Positions 10,601-21,758 of a DNA stretch of 64,000 nt are shown here, one piece after another. The notes under the pieces were generated by a model. It saw nothing but the letters and a program-made list of their open reading frames with translations, did no database searches and was not told the origin of the DNA. Made by a program: the position numbers and the translations under genes. Origin of the DNA: an uncultured Verrucomicrobiae bacterium (GTDB taxonomy: Bacteria > Verrucomicrobiota > Verrucomicrobiia > Chthoniobacterales > UBA10450); assembly GCA_963776615.1 (NCBI GenBank), contig CAVZNJ010000019.1, positions 55,295 to 119,294 of the forward strand. The letters run 5' to 3'. How positions within the stretch are numbered: the stretch's first letter is position 1; the number at the start of each line of letters is the position of its first letter.

Positions 10601-11134
10601 TTGATCAAAGAAACAGGGTATCATATCAACAGAGTCGAAGGCCAGAATTGATCCCGCCGCCGGTTGCGGCGAGTTGTGAAAAGTTACACGACCGTTACCT
10701 TTTCCGCGCTGGTTGTCCGGGTAGTCTGGGGGCTCGCGAATTCGCCAAACCATGAAACGAAAGCATCCCTGCGAATTGACGAGCGTGGCGCACCCGGCGA
10801 TCGAATCTGATACGTCGGAGTGATGAGATGGATCGTCCCTGCTGCGGTAGTGGCGACGTCCCTGAGGTTGCCCGTGCCCTCCCTGGCGTAGGGCACAATC
10901 GAAGGCAAGGTCGGTCTACCCAAACCCACCACCGCGAAAGTGCCTGGTGATCGCTATCGGATCGTGAGCGGGGGGCGTACTTGAAGATCGATCCCCCGCG
11001 CGCAATAGTCTCTCTGGAAGGCAATTTCCCGAACCCGAAAAGACCTGCCGAAGCAGCGGATAGCGCAAAAGGATTCCAAGTTTATTCCCTCGCTTCCATC
11101 GATCGAGCGCGGGACGAGGATCGAGTTCGCAGTC

Positions 11135-11755
11135 TTACCGTCCTCTGACCTGAGCCGATGCGCTCCCTCCGAAGTTACTCGTGACGGTTATGTTCAGCGG
11201 GTTGCTGATCCCGGTGAACTTAGCACTGTAGTTGCCACCGCCGAGGTTCCTCATCGGGCCGAGGATCGTTCCAGTGCTGGTCACAGAGACCGTCAACGTT
11301 GCCGTGGGATTGCTGTCTGTAGCCTGGACTGTAAGCTGGCTCCTCGAGCTCGCATATTGCGCCCGCGTGATTTGCACCGTATCCACGACCGCCGTCACCG
11401 TCACCGATCCGATCATCCCGCAACAGATCCCATGGACGGAGCAATAATACGCGAAGGTCCCTGGAGTAGAGAAGATCTGGTTGAAAACGAACCCGCTGTT
11501 CTGCACACCAGAATCCCACATCCCATCCGGATTTCCCGGCGTTCCGGAGGTCGAGCTGTGGCCGCTCGCGGCCCAAATCCATTGCACGGTGTCTCCCGCC
11601 TGAATGGTCACGGTCCGTGGGGTGAATTTTAACCCGCCGGCTCCGACCTGCACCTGGACGGTAGCAGCCTTCGAATTCAACAGCGGAATAACCGCTGCGC
11701 AGCAGACAACAAAGACGAATTTAGTATAGGATTTCATGTGTTTTCGCTGCATCAT
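11135..11755 (-). CDS. secreted cupredoxin (plastocyanin/azurin-like) protein with C-terminal Ig-like domain
   Basis: Signal peptide. ...TVTIQAGDTVQWIWAASGHSSTSG...GTFAYYCSVHGICCGMIGSVTV gives His, Cys, His and Met candidate type-1 Cu ligands. Confidence 0.8.
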   Translation of the reverse strand: MMQRKHMKSYTKFVFVVCCAAVIPLLNSKAATVQVQVGAGGLKFTPRTVTIQAGDTVQWIWAASGHSSTSGTPGNPDGMWDSGVQNSGFVFNQIFSTPGTFAYYCSVHGICCGMIGSVTVTAVVDTVQITRAQYASSRSQLTVQATDSNPTATLTVSVTSTGTILGPMRNLGGGNYSAKFTGISNPLNITVTSNFGGSASAQVRGR

Positions 11756-11859
11756 GGCCGCCTGGCGTCCGGATAGAAGCCAAATTCCGTAACAGTTCGG
11801 TTACATTCCGCCCGCCGCTTCTTCCTTTATCTTTGCCGCAAATACCATCGACAGGATTA

Positions 11860-12327
11860 CTATTCTCTTTCCTTCGTCGGAGATAGCGTTCGGATATAAT
11901 TAATCACCTTCCATCGGTCAGTCGCCGACAAACGAGTTCCAAACTCCGGCATTGGCTTCTTGCCTGTGGTGATTTTCCAGTAAAGCGCTCCTTCTGGTTC
12001 CTCGCGCACTTTTGGATCAGAGAGCTTCGCCGGATAAAAGCCGAACGCAATTGCATCATCCCCATCACCATCACCAGTTTTCCCGTGGCAGGCCGTGCAC
12101 CTTGCCAGGTAAATCTTGCGCCCCGCGGCAAGGGAAGACTCATCGGGAGGAATCGGATTAGTTTTCTGGGCCTTCTCCGCTGGGACCAGCCATTCCTTTT
12201 CAGGGCCCGGGTGTTGCCCCCCGGCGAGGCAGGATCCCACGAAAACCATCCACGCGGTAAGAAGAAGCATCAGGGACCGTAAAATTGCAGTATTGGTTCG
12301 AAAGAGCGAGAGAGAGAAATTCGTCAT
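11860..12327 (-). CDS. membrane-anchored class I c-type cytochrome
   Basis: N-terminal TM segment, CTACHGKTGDGDG (CxxCH), and ...KITTGKKPMPEF (distal Met region). The start is taken at ATG 12327. Confidence 0.8.
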   Translation of the reverse strand: MTNFSLSLFRTNTAILRSLMLLLTAWMVFVGSCLAGGQHPGPEKEWLVPAEKAQKTNPIPPDESSLAAGRKIYLARCTACHGKTGDGDGDDAIAFGFYPAKLSDPKVREEPEGALYWKITTGKKPMPEFGTRLSATDRWKVINYIRTLSPTKERE

Positions 12328-12462
12328 TACCACCGAAATAAGAGAGCTTGAGCCCCGCCCCGGCAAGCGAGTAACCGTAACACTATTGTTACGGTATTCT
12401 CCGGGCTATCGTCTTGCATCCTCGAAACTGGATGCGATAAGGCACTCATAGCTTCAATTCGT

Positions 12463-13798
12463 ATGAACAGAACATTGTATTCTTCAAACACATCCCTCGA
12501 CGCAAAACAGGAGGCCGGAAAATCTCTGGATCGGTTGAGCCCAAGTACGACAGGTTCGACTGGCTTCGCCCAATTTTCATTTTTTTGGTCGCTGAAGATC
12601 AAGCGACGACTAACGATCCTGACATCGATTCTAGCCCTCGTCGTTTTGGCTGGATCGGCAAAAGCGACGACCTTTAACGTTGATGTGGCGCCGGGAGGTG
12701 ATCTTGTCTTTTCGCCCTCCACGGTAACGATTCAAGCCGGAGATACGGTTACGTGGACCTGGAGGGATTCACCGCACACCGTTACCTCGGGGCCGGCAGG
12801 CCAGAATACCGGTCTGTTTGACTCCGGAGTCCAAAATAACGGATTTACCTTTTCCTTTACCTTCCCCACCGCTGGAACGTTTGCTTATCATTGTTCGTTG
12901 CATGGTCTTTGCTGCGGAATGATCGGGACGGTCATCGTCGCCGCAACTAGTCCGACCCCAACACCGACACCAACACCGACCCCAACGCCTCGGCCACCGT
13001 CGCAAGCTCAATTGCTCAACATCTCAACCCGGATGAACGTGCAGACCGGCGACAATGTGCTCATCGGCGGATTTATTGTTACCGGCACTGCACCGAAGAA
13101 GGTGACTGCTTCGGGCAATTGGGCCTTCCCTGGCAAACGGGAATCCACCGGTCCCGGACGCGCTCGCTGACCCAGTGCTCGAATTGCATGCGGCCGACGG
13201 GAGTTTGATCACGAGCAATGACAATTGGCAGGACGATCCGGTGCAGGCGGCCGAGATCATCGCCACCGGCATCCCGCCGACCGACATCTTGGAGTCGGCG
13301 CTCGTGATAACGCTTAATCCCGGCAACTACACTGCCATCGTGCTCGGGAAAAACGGCACGAACGGGATTGGTCTCGTCGAAGGCTATGACTTGGATGAGG
13401 CGGCCGCCTCCCAGCTCGCCAACATCAGCACGCGCGGCTTTGTCGAGACGGGGAGCAACGTGATGATTGGCGGCTTCATTCTTGGGAACGGAACCGGCAC
13501 AACCAACGTGCTAATTCGCGCGATCGGACCTTCGCTGGCCAACGCGAATCCACCGGTCCCGGGCGCGCTCGCTGATCCGACCCTGGAATTACACGATGAG
13601 AATGGCGTCCTTGTCATGAGCAATGACAATTGGAAGGACAGTCAGCAGGACGAGATCGAAGCGACTGGTATTCCGCCAACGAACGATTTCGAGTCCGCCA
13701 TGGTCGTGACGTTGCCCGCGACCGCCCACACCGCGATCGTTGCCGGCAAGGATGGCGGTATGGGTGTAGCCCTGGTGGAAGCTTATCGCCTTCCCTAG
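12463..13798 (+). pseudogene. secreted cupredoxin - (Thr-Pro)n linker - 2x 'NISTR' module protein; 1-nt frameshift near 13105
   Basis: ...GTFAYHCSLHGLCCGMIGTVIV then SPTPTPTPTPTPTPRPPS, then LLNISTRMNVQTGDNVLIGGFIVTGTAPKKV. Shifting frame restores LRAIGPSLANGNPPVPDALADPVLELHAADG, which joins ORF 13175-13798. Confidence 0.8.
12949..12999 (+). repeat. coding low-complexity (Thr-Pro)7 linker
   Basis: ccgaccccaacaccgacaccaacaccgaccccaacgcct encodes SPTPTPTPTPTPTPRPP. Confidence 0.9.
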
Positions 13799-14113
13799 TT
13801 CAAGCTAACCAGACATCTGAGGTAGTCCGTCAACAGTTTTGAGTGAAGTTATTCAAGGGGCTGTTGGTGGCGGGTGGAGCAAGGAATGGGAGCAAGGGTG
13901 AGTGGCTCTTTTGGAGAGACTTGAGTCAGCGGATTTCATCGCAGGGAATGCGCTCCTGTTATCATGCGCCCTGGTCAGCTCCGCACCTCTACGATTCTTC
14001 GATTGCACACCGTATACAAAATGATTGCGACGCGCGTTGCCTGGAAATTGTCTCCCGGATCGAATTTAGGAAATTGGACACGCCGGAATCCCTCAAAATA
14101 TTCGGTTAATCGA

Positions 14114-14134
14114 CAGCCTGATCCGCCATCAGGC
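14114..14134. terminator. 8-bp perfect hairpin between convergent genes (possible bidirectional terminator)
   Basis: agcctgat-ccgcc-atcaggct followed by ttcct. It lies about 30 nt beyond the stop of the 14167-16305 gene. The T-tract is weak. Confidence 0.35.
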
Positions 14135-14166
14135 TTTCCTCGCGAATGGCCGTGAGCAGCTTTCGC

Positions 14167-16305
14167 CTAACGACCAAAGATCCCGCGGATTCCTGCGCGT
14201 GACTCCGGCTGGGCGACAAGCTGGGCCGGCCAGCATTCCACAATCTCAAGCGCGACAAAGCGGAAGAGAGTGAGCTGCGCAAACTTGATGTCGAGCCGCA
14301 AATTCTTCGTGATCTGTGCGATCGACCGGCTCCCGTTGAACTGCGAGGCGAATTGCGCCTCGGCCACGGTCAAGTGCAGTTGTTGGACGCGTTCGAAGCC
14401 GTCGCGCGTGTAGGCGGGCACGGACGCCGCGTCCATCATCGCCTTCTCTCCCAGCTCTGGATATTGCGCAAAGCGCAGCGCACCCAGCGCCCACTGATCC
14501 ATCTCATCCTCGAAGGAGGGCAATTCCGCCGCGTAGCCTGGCAAGTCGTGCTGCACAAAGATGAAGCGAACGCGATCCGTCCAGAGCTGCGCAAAGAGCC
14601 TTTGCCCGTAATGCTGCACCAACTGCAATCCCGGCTCGCGCTGGATGAGGTCTTCCCTGGCCAGCGTGACGAAGGTCGGGCAACCGTCCGTCGCCTGACG
14701 CGCCCGGGCTGCGTCAACCTGCTCGCCCGGAACGTTAAGGAGCGCGACCGGCGCTTCCTCGCAATAGAGACCCGGGTTGCGCGTCGTGACGATGACGACC
14801 CGGCCGTCGCGCGCTAACAGGTCAACCGAATCGCGCGACCAGAAGGAGCGCAAAGTACCGGTCAACTTCTCGGCCGCGATCGTATGTAGCGCCCGGTTGA
14901 GCGAGAAGAAGCTCGAGTCGCCACAAAAATAGGCCTTGGCTGAGCCGAAATTCTCTGCGGGCGTTTCCACGACGGGCACGTTCGTCGAACACGGTCCATT
15001 ACCGGTCTCCACCCATTCCGCCGGCGGTGGCGGCGGCACCGGCCTGGTTGGCGGCCTCTGCGTGGACCCTGATGTCATTTCCCGCGACAACGACGCGGGC
15101 ATTCCCTCGTTGGGATCGAACTCTCCGGAAATATAGCCACGGGCGGCACTGACCAGCGCCTCAGAGGTAAACGGCTTGCTAAGGGAGCCAATGATATTCG
15201 GAAGCTCTGCCCGACCCGCCTGCAATTCACTGCCAAAACCCGACACGTAAACGACCGGAACCTTGGCCGTAGCCGGATCAGACATTAGTCGCCGGCAGAC
15301 CTCATCCCCCTTCATGTCGGGCAGGACGAAATCGAGCAGGACAAGGTCCGGCGACTCGGCGCGGCAGAGGCGCAAACCTTCCTCTCCCGTCTCCGCCGTG
15401 ACGACCTCGTAGCCCTGTTCCTCCAAAATCTCTTTCACAAAACTGAGCAGCATCACGCTGTCATCGATGACAAGAATCCTGTGGCCGGTCGTTGGCGCCG
15501 CTTTCGCGCTGTCTTCTGCGGCCCTGGCCCCCCGCGACTCATCCATCTTGCGCACCGCCTCCATCAGCAGGACCTGCCAGTCGAGATCGATGGTGTGCGG
15601 TATTCCATGCGGCACGGGCACCTCAGAGATCAGACCACCCTGCCAATCGATGATTTCGCCGAACGCCGCCATCCCTTCTTTGCCCGATGCGGTAGCATGG
15701 CGGACCTGACCGTTTTCGAAATAGACTCGTGCCTTCTCCCCGCGCGGCCCGGTGAACTCCAACATCGAAGTGGCGCCACTGATGCATTTCAGCTGAATAA
15801 TGTCGGCCACGTGCAGATCGCTCAGCGTGCCTTGGAAGCGTGCTCCCTCTGCTTTGTCGGCCGGCAAGAGCAAAGCCTCAACCAGGGTCATAAAATCGGC
15901 GCGCGGGAATGGCTTCTCGAGGAAATGAATCGCGCCAAGTCCAGAAACCTGCTCGCGGTGGGCGGTGACATGTATCGCCGTCAGGATGATCGCACGCGCC
16001 TTGGGATGACTGGTACGCAGGTCGTAAATGAATTCCTGCGCCATGTCATAGGCCCCGTCGACATCGAGAACAAAGAGCGCCGGTTTCTGGTCGATCACGC
16101 AGTATTGCGCCTCACCTAACGACCCCGCGACCCGCGCTTTCGTCCCTGGCGCGGCCTCTTCCAGAGCGGAAAGGATTTCCATCGCAATTCGCTCATCGGG
16201 CTCCAGGATGAGAACCTGGACATCGTGCGATGGTGGATGATCGGGAGAGCTAGCCTGGTTCACGGTGCTAAGGAGTTGCAAGTGACAGAGCAATTTCTTC
16301 GCCAC
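14167..16305 (-). CDS. multidomain response regulator: two receiver domains with DUF4388 (PATAN-like) domains
   Basis: REC1 ...VQVLILEPDE...LFVLDVDG...; DUF4388-like ...QGTLSDLHVADIIQLKCISGATSMLEF...; REC2 HRILVIDDSVMLL...DLVLLDFVLPDMKGDEV... The stop TAG is embedded in the recurrent word. Confidence 0.75.
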   Translation of the reverse strand: MAKKLLCHLQLLSTVNQASSPDHPPSHDVQVLILEPDERIAMEILSALEEAAPGTKARVAGSLGEAQYCVIDQKPALFVLDVDGAYDMAQEFIYDLRTSHPKARAIILTAIHVTAHREQVSGLGAIHFLEKPFPRADFMTLVEALLLPADKAEGARFQGTLSDLHVADIIQLKCISGATSMLEFTGPRGEKARVYFENGQVRHATASGKEGMAAFGEIIDWQGGLISEVPVPHGIPHTIDLDWQVLLMEAVRKMDESRGARAAEDSAKAAPTTGHRILVIDDSVMLLSFVKEILEEQGYEVVTAETGEEGLRLCRAESPDLVLLDFVLPDMKGDEVCRRLMSDPATAKVPVVYVSGFGSELQAGRAELPNIIGSLSKPFTSEALVSAARGYISGEFDPNEGMPASLSREMTSGSTQRPPTRPVPPPPPAEWVETGNGPCSTNVPVVETPAENFGSAKAYFCGDSSFFSLNRALHTIAAEKLTGTLRSFWSRDSVDLLARDGRVVIVTTRNPGLYCEEAPVALLNVPGEQVDAARARQATDGCPTFVTLAREDLIQREPGLQLVQHYGQRLFAQLWTDRVRFIFVQHDLPGYAAELPSFEDEMDQWALGALRFAQYPELGEKAMMDAASVPAYTRDGFERVQQLHLTVAEAQFASQFNGSRSIAQITKNLRLDIKFAQLTLFRFVALEIVECWPAQLVAQPESRAGIRGIFGR

Positions 16306-16424
16306 TCACCCCTGCGATTAGCAATGTCGGTTCGGCGCGAAATGAAAAGTATTTTTCCCTCCGGCAAGCGGACGGATCGGACGGAAAGGCGCGACCGGAG
16401 CGTCAGTTCGTGACGGTCAAAAAA

Positions 16425-17829
16425 TCAGCGCGCGAAATGTCGCGCGAGAGCGCGGCGACTGATCTTCCCGCGCTCGTTCTCCGGAAGCGCTCCGAGCAGG
16501 TAAATCCGTTTCGGCACCTGCCAACCGCTGAGCCGCGCGCGACAAAACTTGAGCAACTCCGCTTCGCTCGTCTTCCCTCCTGCAACCACGCAGGCAACCA
16601 CCTCCTGGTTGCGCAAGAGTGATGCCCGGCCAAAAACGACCGCTTGCCGCACCGCCGTGTGACTCGAGAGATGCGCCTCGACTTCAGCCGGATTCACCTT
16701 TTTCCCCGCCACGTTGATCAGATCCGAGACCCGGCCGACGAGCCGCACGCCCGCATCGCTGAAGGTGACAAGATCGTCCGGCACAAAAAAGCCGTCGCCG
16801 AGGTTCTCGGGTTCCGGGTGTGGAAAATAACCGTCGCCCACAGCGGCGCTCCGGACGCGGAGCTGGGTTCCGGCCGCGTCCTGATCGGTCGGTTGCAATT
16901 CGACCCCTCGCAGCGGCCGCCCGACAAAGCCTTCCTCTTCGCTTGTCGCCTCGTCGTCGTAGCAAAGGCCGCCGCATTCCGACGCGCCGTAAAAGGAATG
17001 AATCGGCCGCCCAAATTTTTCGCGAAATTTGCGCGCCACCGCGAGGCTGAGCGGCGCCCCGGCTGAAATGCACAGGCGCAGCTTCGGCAGCGGCGGCGCA
17101 TCTGTCATTTCGCCGAAAGCCTGATAAAACAGCGGCATGCCAGGGAATACCGTGGCTTCGGTTCGCGCCAGATCATCGAGCACCGCACGCGGCATCCGAT
17201 CGCGGCTCGATCACCATCGGCACGCCGCGGATCAAGAGCGGCGTAAGCAAATTGCTAAAGCCGTAGGAATGCGAAACCGGGATGACCGCGAAGTTCAGGT
17301 CCGCGTCGCCAATGCCCATTGTGTCGCAAATTTGTTCGGCGTCGGCGACGAGTTGCGCGCTGCGAAAACGGATCGCCCGCGGCGCAGCGGTCGTGCCGGA
17401 AGTAAGTTTGAGCAGGGCCGGCTGGCGCTCCTGCCAATCGATCGGATCGCCAGCGTTTATCCGCTCAATCGGTTTCTCCGGATCGGTGATTAATCCGGTG
17501 GCGCTGCAAGTTTGCAGCGCCGAGGCGCGTTCCCGCTCGCTCATTGTTTGCTCAAGCGGCAAGACGACGACCCCGCGGCGGAGAGAGGCGAGAAACAATG
17601 CCGGCCAATGCGGATGATTCCCGATTTGAATTGCAACGATTTCGCCCGCCTGGAAATCTTTCAGACCAGCGCCGACCGCCTCGTACTCGCGACTTAGGTC
17701 TTCGATCTCTCCGAAACGAAAGAGCACGCGACCCTTCGGATGGAAAATGGCCGGCTCGTCACGGTGCCGCTTCAGCGTTTCGCGCCAGGCGATGCGCAAG
17801 AGATCCGTGCTTTTCCTCACTTGCGGCAT
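16425..17829 (-). pseudogene. AMP-dependent synthetase/ligase (acyl-CoA synthetase family), frameshift near 17190
   Basis: The N-terminal ORF 17173-17829 carries LLKLTSGTTAAPRAI (AMP-binding motif). The C-terminal ORF 16425-17195 carries ...FYGASECGG... and ...INVAGKKVNPAEVE... The two overlap in different frames. Confidence 0.8.
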
Positions 17830-17849
17830 GGTCCTTCCGCGGCTATTAT
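17821..17849 (+). promoter_or_regulatory. candidate sigma70-like promoter for rpmE
   Basis: TTGCGG - 17 nt - TATTAT, ending 18 nt before the rpmE ATG. Match by eye only. Confidence 0.25.
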
Positions 17850-17867
17850 GCCGACTCTTTTTCCACC

Positions 17868-18101
17868 ATGAAACCGGAAATTCATCCTGACTATTACGAG
17901 ACGGAGATTAGCTGCGCCTGTGGCGCGGTCTACCACACCCGCTCGACCCGCCGGGATATTAAGATCGGCATCTGCGCCGCCTGCCATCCGTTCTTCACTG
18001 GCGAACAGAAGTTCGTCGATACCGCGGGCCGGGTCGAGAAATTCGCCCGCCGCTACGGCAGCACCAAGGCCACTCGCGCCGGCGCCGCCAGGAAAGCTTA
18101 G
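17868..18101 (+). CDS. rpmE: 50S ribosomal protein L31
   Basis: MKPEIHPDYYETEISCACGAVYHTRST...GICAACHPFFTGEQKFVDTAGRVEKFARRYG. Confidence 0.95.
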   Translation: MKPEIHPDYYETEISCACGAVYHTRSTRRDIKIGICAACHPFFTGEQKFVDTAGRVEKFARRYGSTKATRAGAARKA

Positions 18102-18131
18102 CTGATTTCGCCTAACGACCGGTGATCCCGA

Positions 18132-19235
18132 ATGCTCTCGGGATCGCCGTTTTTGTATATGGACTTCCAATCCCTTATCCAGCGCAAACGTGAACGCTTC
18201 CAGCAATTGGAGAGCGAGATCGCCGATCCGCGTCTGTTCGACAACCGGAAACGGGCCAGCGAGACGATGCGCGAGCGTGCCGCAATCAAGGACCTGCTCG
18301 CGAAATGCGATACGCTCCAGACGGCGCTCCGCCAGCTCGAGGACAACCGCGAGCTGGCCGCTTCCGAAGAGGGCGATCTCGCGCAGATGGCCCAGGAGGA
18401 GATTCCCGTGCTCGAAAAGCGCGTCGCCGATCTCGAGTTCGCAGTTCAGATCGGGCTCCTCCCCCCAGACGAAAGCGATGATCGCGACGCGATCGTAGAA
18501 ATCCGCGCCGGCACCGGCGGCAGCGAGGCGGCAATTTTCGCGGCCGATCTTTACCGGATGTACAATCGTTATGCGGAAACGGCCGGATTGAAAATCGAGG
18601 ACCTCGAGTCGAGTCCATCCGAGCTGGGCGGTTTGAAGGAAATAATCTTCAAGATCTCGGGCGAATCGGTTTTCCGAAAGCTGCGATACGAGAGCGGAGT
18701 GCATCGCGTGCAACGCGTGCCCGCGACCGAGGCCCAGGGCCGAATCCACACTTCGACCGCGACCGTTGCCGTTCTTCCCGAAGCCGAGGAGGTCGATCTC
18801 GAATTGAAACCGGAAGATCTGCGAATTGAAGTTTGCCGGGCGGGCGGACCCGGGGGCCAGGGCGTGAACACGACCGATTCCGCTGTGCAGGTGATGCATA
18901 TCCCGACCGGCCGCATCGTTCGCTGCCAGGACGGTCGGAGCCAGCAAAAGAACAAGGAAAAAGCGCTCAACATCCTCCGCGCCCGCCTGCTCGAGGACAA
19001 GAAGCGCGAGGAAGAGGCCAAGTATTCCGCCACCCGCAAAAGCCAGATCGGCTCGGGCGGCCGCGAAGAAAAGATTCGGACCTACAATTATCCGCAAAAC
19101 CGGATCACCGATCACCGCATCGGGCTTACGCTTTACAATCTCGATCGGGTCATGGAAGGCGACCTGGAGGAGATGATCAGTGCTCTGCAACACGCCGACC
19201 TCGAGCAGCGGCTCAAGGAATCGGCGCTCGCCTGA
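18132..19235 (+). CDS. prfA: peptide chain release factor 1
   Basis: 367 aa with the PAT tripeptide ([14 protein letters not shown]) and GGQ ([15 protein letters not shown]). An alternative start is ATG 18159. Confidence 0.95.
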   Translation: MLSGSPFLYMDFQSLIQRKRERFQQLESEIADPRLFDNRKRASETMRERAAIKDLLAKCDTLQTALRQLEDNRELAASEEGDLAQMAQEEIPVLEKRVADLEFAVQIGLLPPDESDDRDAIVEIRAGTGGSEAAIFAADLYRMYNRYAETAGLKIEDLESSPSELGGLKEIIFKISGESVFRKLRYESGVHRVQRVPATEAQGRIHTSTATVAVLPEAEEVDLELKPEDLRIEVCRAGGPGGQGVNTTDSAVQVMHIPTGRIVRCQDGRSQQKNKEKALNILRARLLEDKKREEEAKYSATRKSQIGSGGREEKIRTYNYPQNRITDHRIGLTLYNLDRVMEGDLEEMISALQHADLEQRLKESALA

Positions 19236-19291
19236 CGAGTTGGTGCTCTTTCTGTCATTTAGATGCAGCGAGAGACGACAAACGAAGGCCA

Positions 19292-20128
19292 ATGACCGTC
19301 CTCGAAGTCCTGCAATCCACCACCGCCTATTTCAAAAAGCGGGAAATCGAGAGCCCGCGCCTCAACGCCGAGCATCTCGTTGCTCATTCGTTAGGCAAAA
19401 AACGCATTGAGCTTTATCTCGAGTTCGAGCGTCCGCTTTCCGAGCCAGAATTGGCGCCGCTGCGCGAACTCGTCAGGCGCCGCGGGCAGGGCGAGCCCCT
19501 CCAGCATCTCCTCGGCACGGTTGAATTCGGCGAGCACGTTTTTCTGAGCGACAAGCGCGCCCTCATCCCCCGCCCCGAAACCGAGCAACTGGCGGAATAT
19601 CTTTGCGACTTCGCCTGGCCGGAAAATCCACGCATGCTCGATGTCGGCACGGGCAGCGGTGTTATCGCGCTCTCGCTCGCTGCCCGCTTCCCCACCGCGG
19701 AGGTTCACGCCGTTGATCTTTCCGGAGATGCGCTCGCGCTCGCGCGCGAAAATGCCGAGCGCCTCGGCGCCTTGGATCGCATTCGATTTTCCCAGGGTCA
19801 TCTTCTCGACAAAGTCGAAGGTGCGTTCGATCTCATTGTCGCAAATCTTCCCTACGTCGCCGCCAATGAGGCCGTGCAGCTCGCTCCCGAGGTGCGACAC
19901 GATCCCGCCGTTGCGCTTTTCGGCGGTGCGGCAGGCGACGAGTTGATTCGCGAACTGATCACCGCCGCGCCGCCGCACCTGCGCCCCGGCGGATTGCTCG
20001 CGCTCGAGATCGGTCACGATCAATCGAACGCTCTCGCCGACTTTCTTGTGCAGAAGAATTATCACGACATCGACACGAAAAAAGATTATTCAGGAGCCCC
20101 ACGTTTCCTCTTCGCCCGGTATGGATAA
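19292..20128 (+). CDS. prmC: release-factor glutamine N5-methyltransferase
   Basis: ...LIPRPETEQL..., MLDVGTGSGVIAL (SAM motif), IVANLPYV (NPPY variant). Its end overlaps the murA start by 8 nt. Confidence 0.9.
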   Translation: MTVLEVLQSTTAYFKKREIESPRLNAEHLVAHSLGKKRIELYLEFERPLSEPELAPLRELVRRRGQGEPLQHLLGTVEFGEHVFLSDKRALIPRPETEQLAEYLCDFAWPENPRMLDVGTGSGVIALSLAARFPTAEVHAVDLSGDALALARENAERLGALDRIRFSQGHLLDKVEGAFDLIVANLPYVAANEAVQLAPEVRHDPAVALFGGAAGDELIRELITAAPPHLRPGGLLALEIGHDQSNALADFLVQKNYHDIDTKKDYSGAPRFLFARYG

Positions 20129-21382
20129 AATTCTCGTGCACGGCGGCCATCCGCTCTCCGGTTCGATCAAGATCAGCGGCTCGAAGAATTCTGCGCTGCC
20201 GATCATCGCCGCCACCTTGCTGACGCGCGAACCGTGTGTGATCCATCGCGTGCCGGACCTGAGCGACACGAATTACATGCTCCAGATCCTGATGCATCTC
20301 GGCGCAGAGGTGGAGCGGGCGAGCGGCACCGTCACGGTGAGAGCGGAGAAGGTGAACTCGGTCGCGCCCTACGAAATCGTGCGCAAAATGCGGGCCTCGG
20401 TCTGCGTGCTCGGGCCATTGTTAGGCCGGTGCAAGGAGGCGACCGTTTCGCTGCCCGGCGGCTGCGTCATCGGCGATCGCCCGATCGATTTGCATCTCAA
20501 GGGATTCGAAGCGCTCGGCGCCGCGGTGCGAGTCGAAAGCGGCAACGTCAAGGTTTTTGCCCCCAAGCTCACCGGCGCGGTAATCAATCTGCGCGGCAAA
20601 TTCGGACCGACCGTTCTCGGCACCGACAACGTGATGATGGCCGCCGTGCTCGCCGAAGGCGTGACCGTCATCGAAGGCGCCGCCGCCGAACCGGAAGTGT
20701 GCGATCTGGCTAATTTCCTCAACAAAATGGGCGCGAAAATCGAAGGCGCCGGGACGCGGCGTATCATCATCGAAGGCGTGAAGGAATTGCACGGCGCCGA
20801 GCACGACATCATTCCGGACCGGATCGAAACCGGCACGTTCCTCGTCGCGGGCGCGATCTCCGGCAGAGGCATTACCCTGAATCGCGTCGACCCGAGCACG
20901 TCACCTCGGTCACGACTGCGCTGACGAAATCCGGTTTCAACATTGAGAGCACGACGAATTCGATACGCGTTTCGCCTAACGGCGCGGTAACCAGACCGCT
21001 CGACCTCATTACCGAGCCTTATCCCGGTTTCCCGACCGACATGCAGGCGCAGATGTGCGCACTTCTTTCCACCACGGAAGGCATCAGCGTCATCACCGAA
21101 AACATTTTCCCGCAGCGTTACATGCACGTCGCGGAGCTGAAGCGGATGGGCGCGCAGGTGCAGATCGAAGGCGCGACCGCCGTCATTCAGGGCGTCAATC
21201 GCCTTTACGGCGCGCCTGTCATGGCGAGCGACCTGCGCGCCTCCGCGGCGCTCGTGCTGGCGGGTTTAAAGGCCGATGGCGTGACCGAGATCCGCCGCGT
21301 TTATCACATCGACCGCGGCTACGAACATCTCGATGAAAAGCTGAGCGAGCTTGGCGCGCACATCGAACGTGTGAAAGAGTAA
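20121..21382 (+). pseudogene. murA: UDP-N-acetylglucosamine 1-carboxyvinyltransferase, 1-nt frameshift at C-run 20891-20893
   Basis: MDKILVHGGHPLSGSIKISGSKNSALPIIAATLL... reads on to ...ITLNRVDP. The next frame then reads EHVTSVTTALTKSGFNIES...EPYPGFPTDMQAQMCALL...VYHIDRGYEHLDEKLSELGA. Confidence 0.9.
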
Positions 21383-21386
21383 CGTC

Positions 21387-21758
21387 ATGGAAACGATACC
21401 ACCAACCAGTTCGGTCACGTCATCCAACGCCCGCACCTGGTGTGTCCTTTGTCACGCCAGTGCCTTGCTCGGACTCTTCTTTCATTTCCTCGGCCACATC
21501 TTCGGGCCGCTCATCGTCTGGCTGCTCAAACGCGGCGATGCGCCCGAAATCGACGCCCATGGCAAAGAGTCGCTCAACTTTCAGCTCTCGATGCTGATCT
21601 ACGACGCCGCCGCGGTCATCCTTTGCTTCGTTCTCATCGGAATCCCGATCCTGATCGTGCTCTGGGTGCTGAACACCGTTCTCGTCATCGTTGCCTCCAT
21701 CAAGGCAAGCGACGGCGAGCTCTTTCGTTATCCTCTGACGATTCGGTTCATCAAGTAG
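21387..21758 (+). CDS. DUF4870-family small membrane protein
   Basis: ...HASALLGLFFHFLGHIFGPLIVWLLKRGDAPEIDAHGKESLNFQLS... plus two more TM segments. Confidence 0.7.
   Translation: METIPPTSSVTSSNARTWCVLCHASALLGLFFHFLGHIFGPLIVWLLKRGDAPEIDAHGKESLNFQLSMLIYDAAAVILCFVLIGIPILIVLWVLNTVLVIVASIKASDGELFRYPLTIRFIK

Noticed and set aside
12949-12999. Possible CRISPR-like or non-coding tandem repeats (TP-coding repeat, heptamer arrays)
   Set aside because: There is no repeat-spacer architecture anywhere in the window. The 12.95-kb repeat is an in-frame Thr-Pro linker and the heptamer arrays are under 50 nt.
2772-13108. Programmed ribosomal frameshifting in the 'NISTR' module genes (two of three paralogues are shifted)
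   Set aside because: The two shift sites are at non-equivalent positions with no slippery heptamer. Housekeeping genes across the window show the same kind of lesion, so a general indel problem explains them better.
17817-19292. 491-aa ORF on the minus strand
   Set aside because: It lies exactly antisense to prfA/rpmE, whose products carry canonical motifs (PAT, GGQ). Its translation is Arg/Ala/Gly/Leu-rich low-complexity sequence, typical of shadow ORFs in GC-rich DNA.
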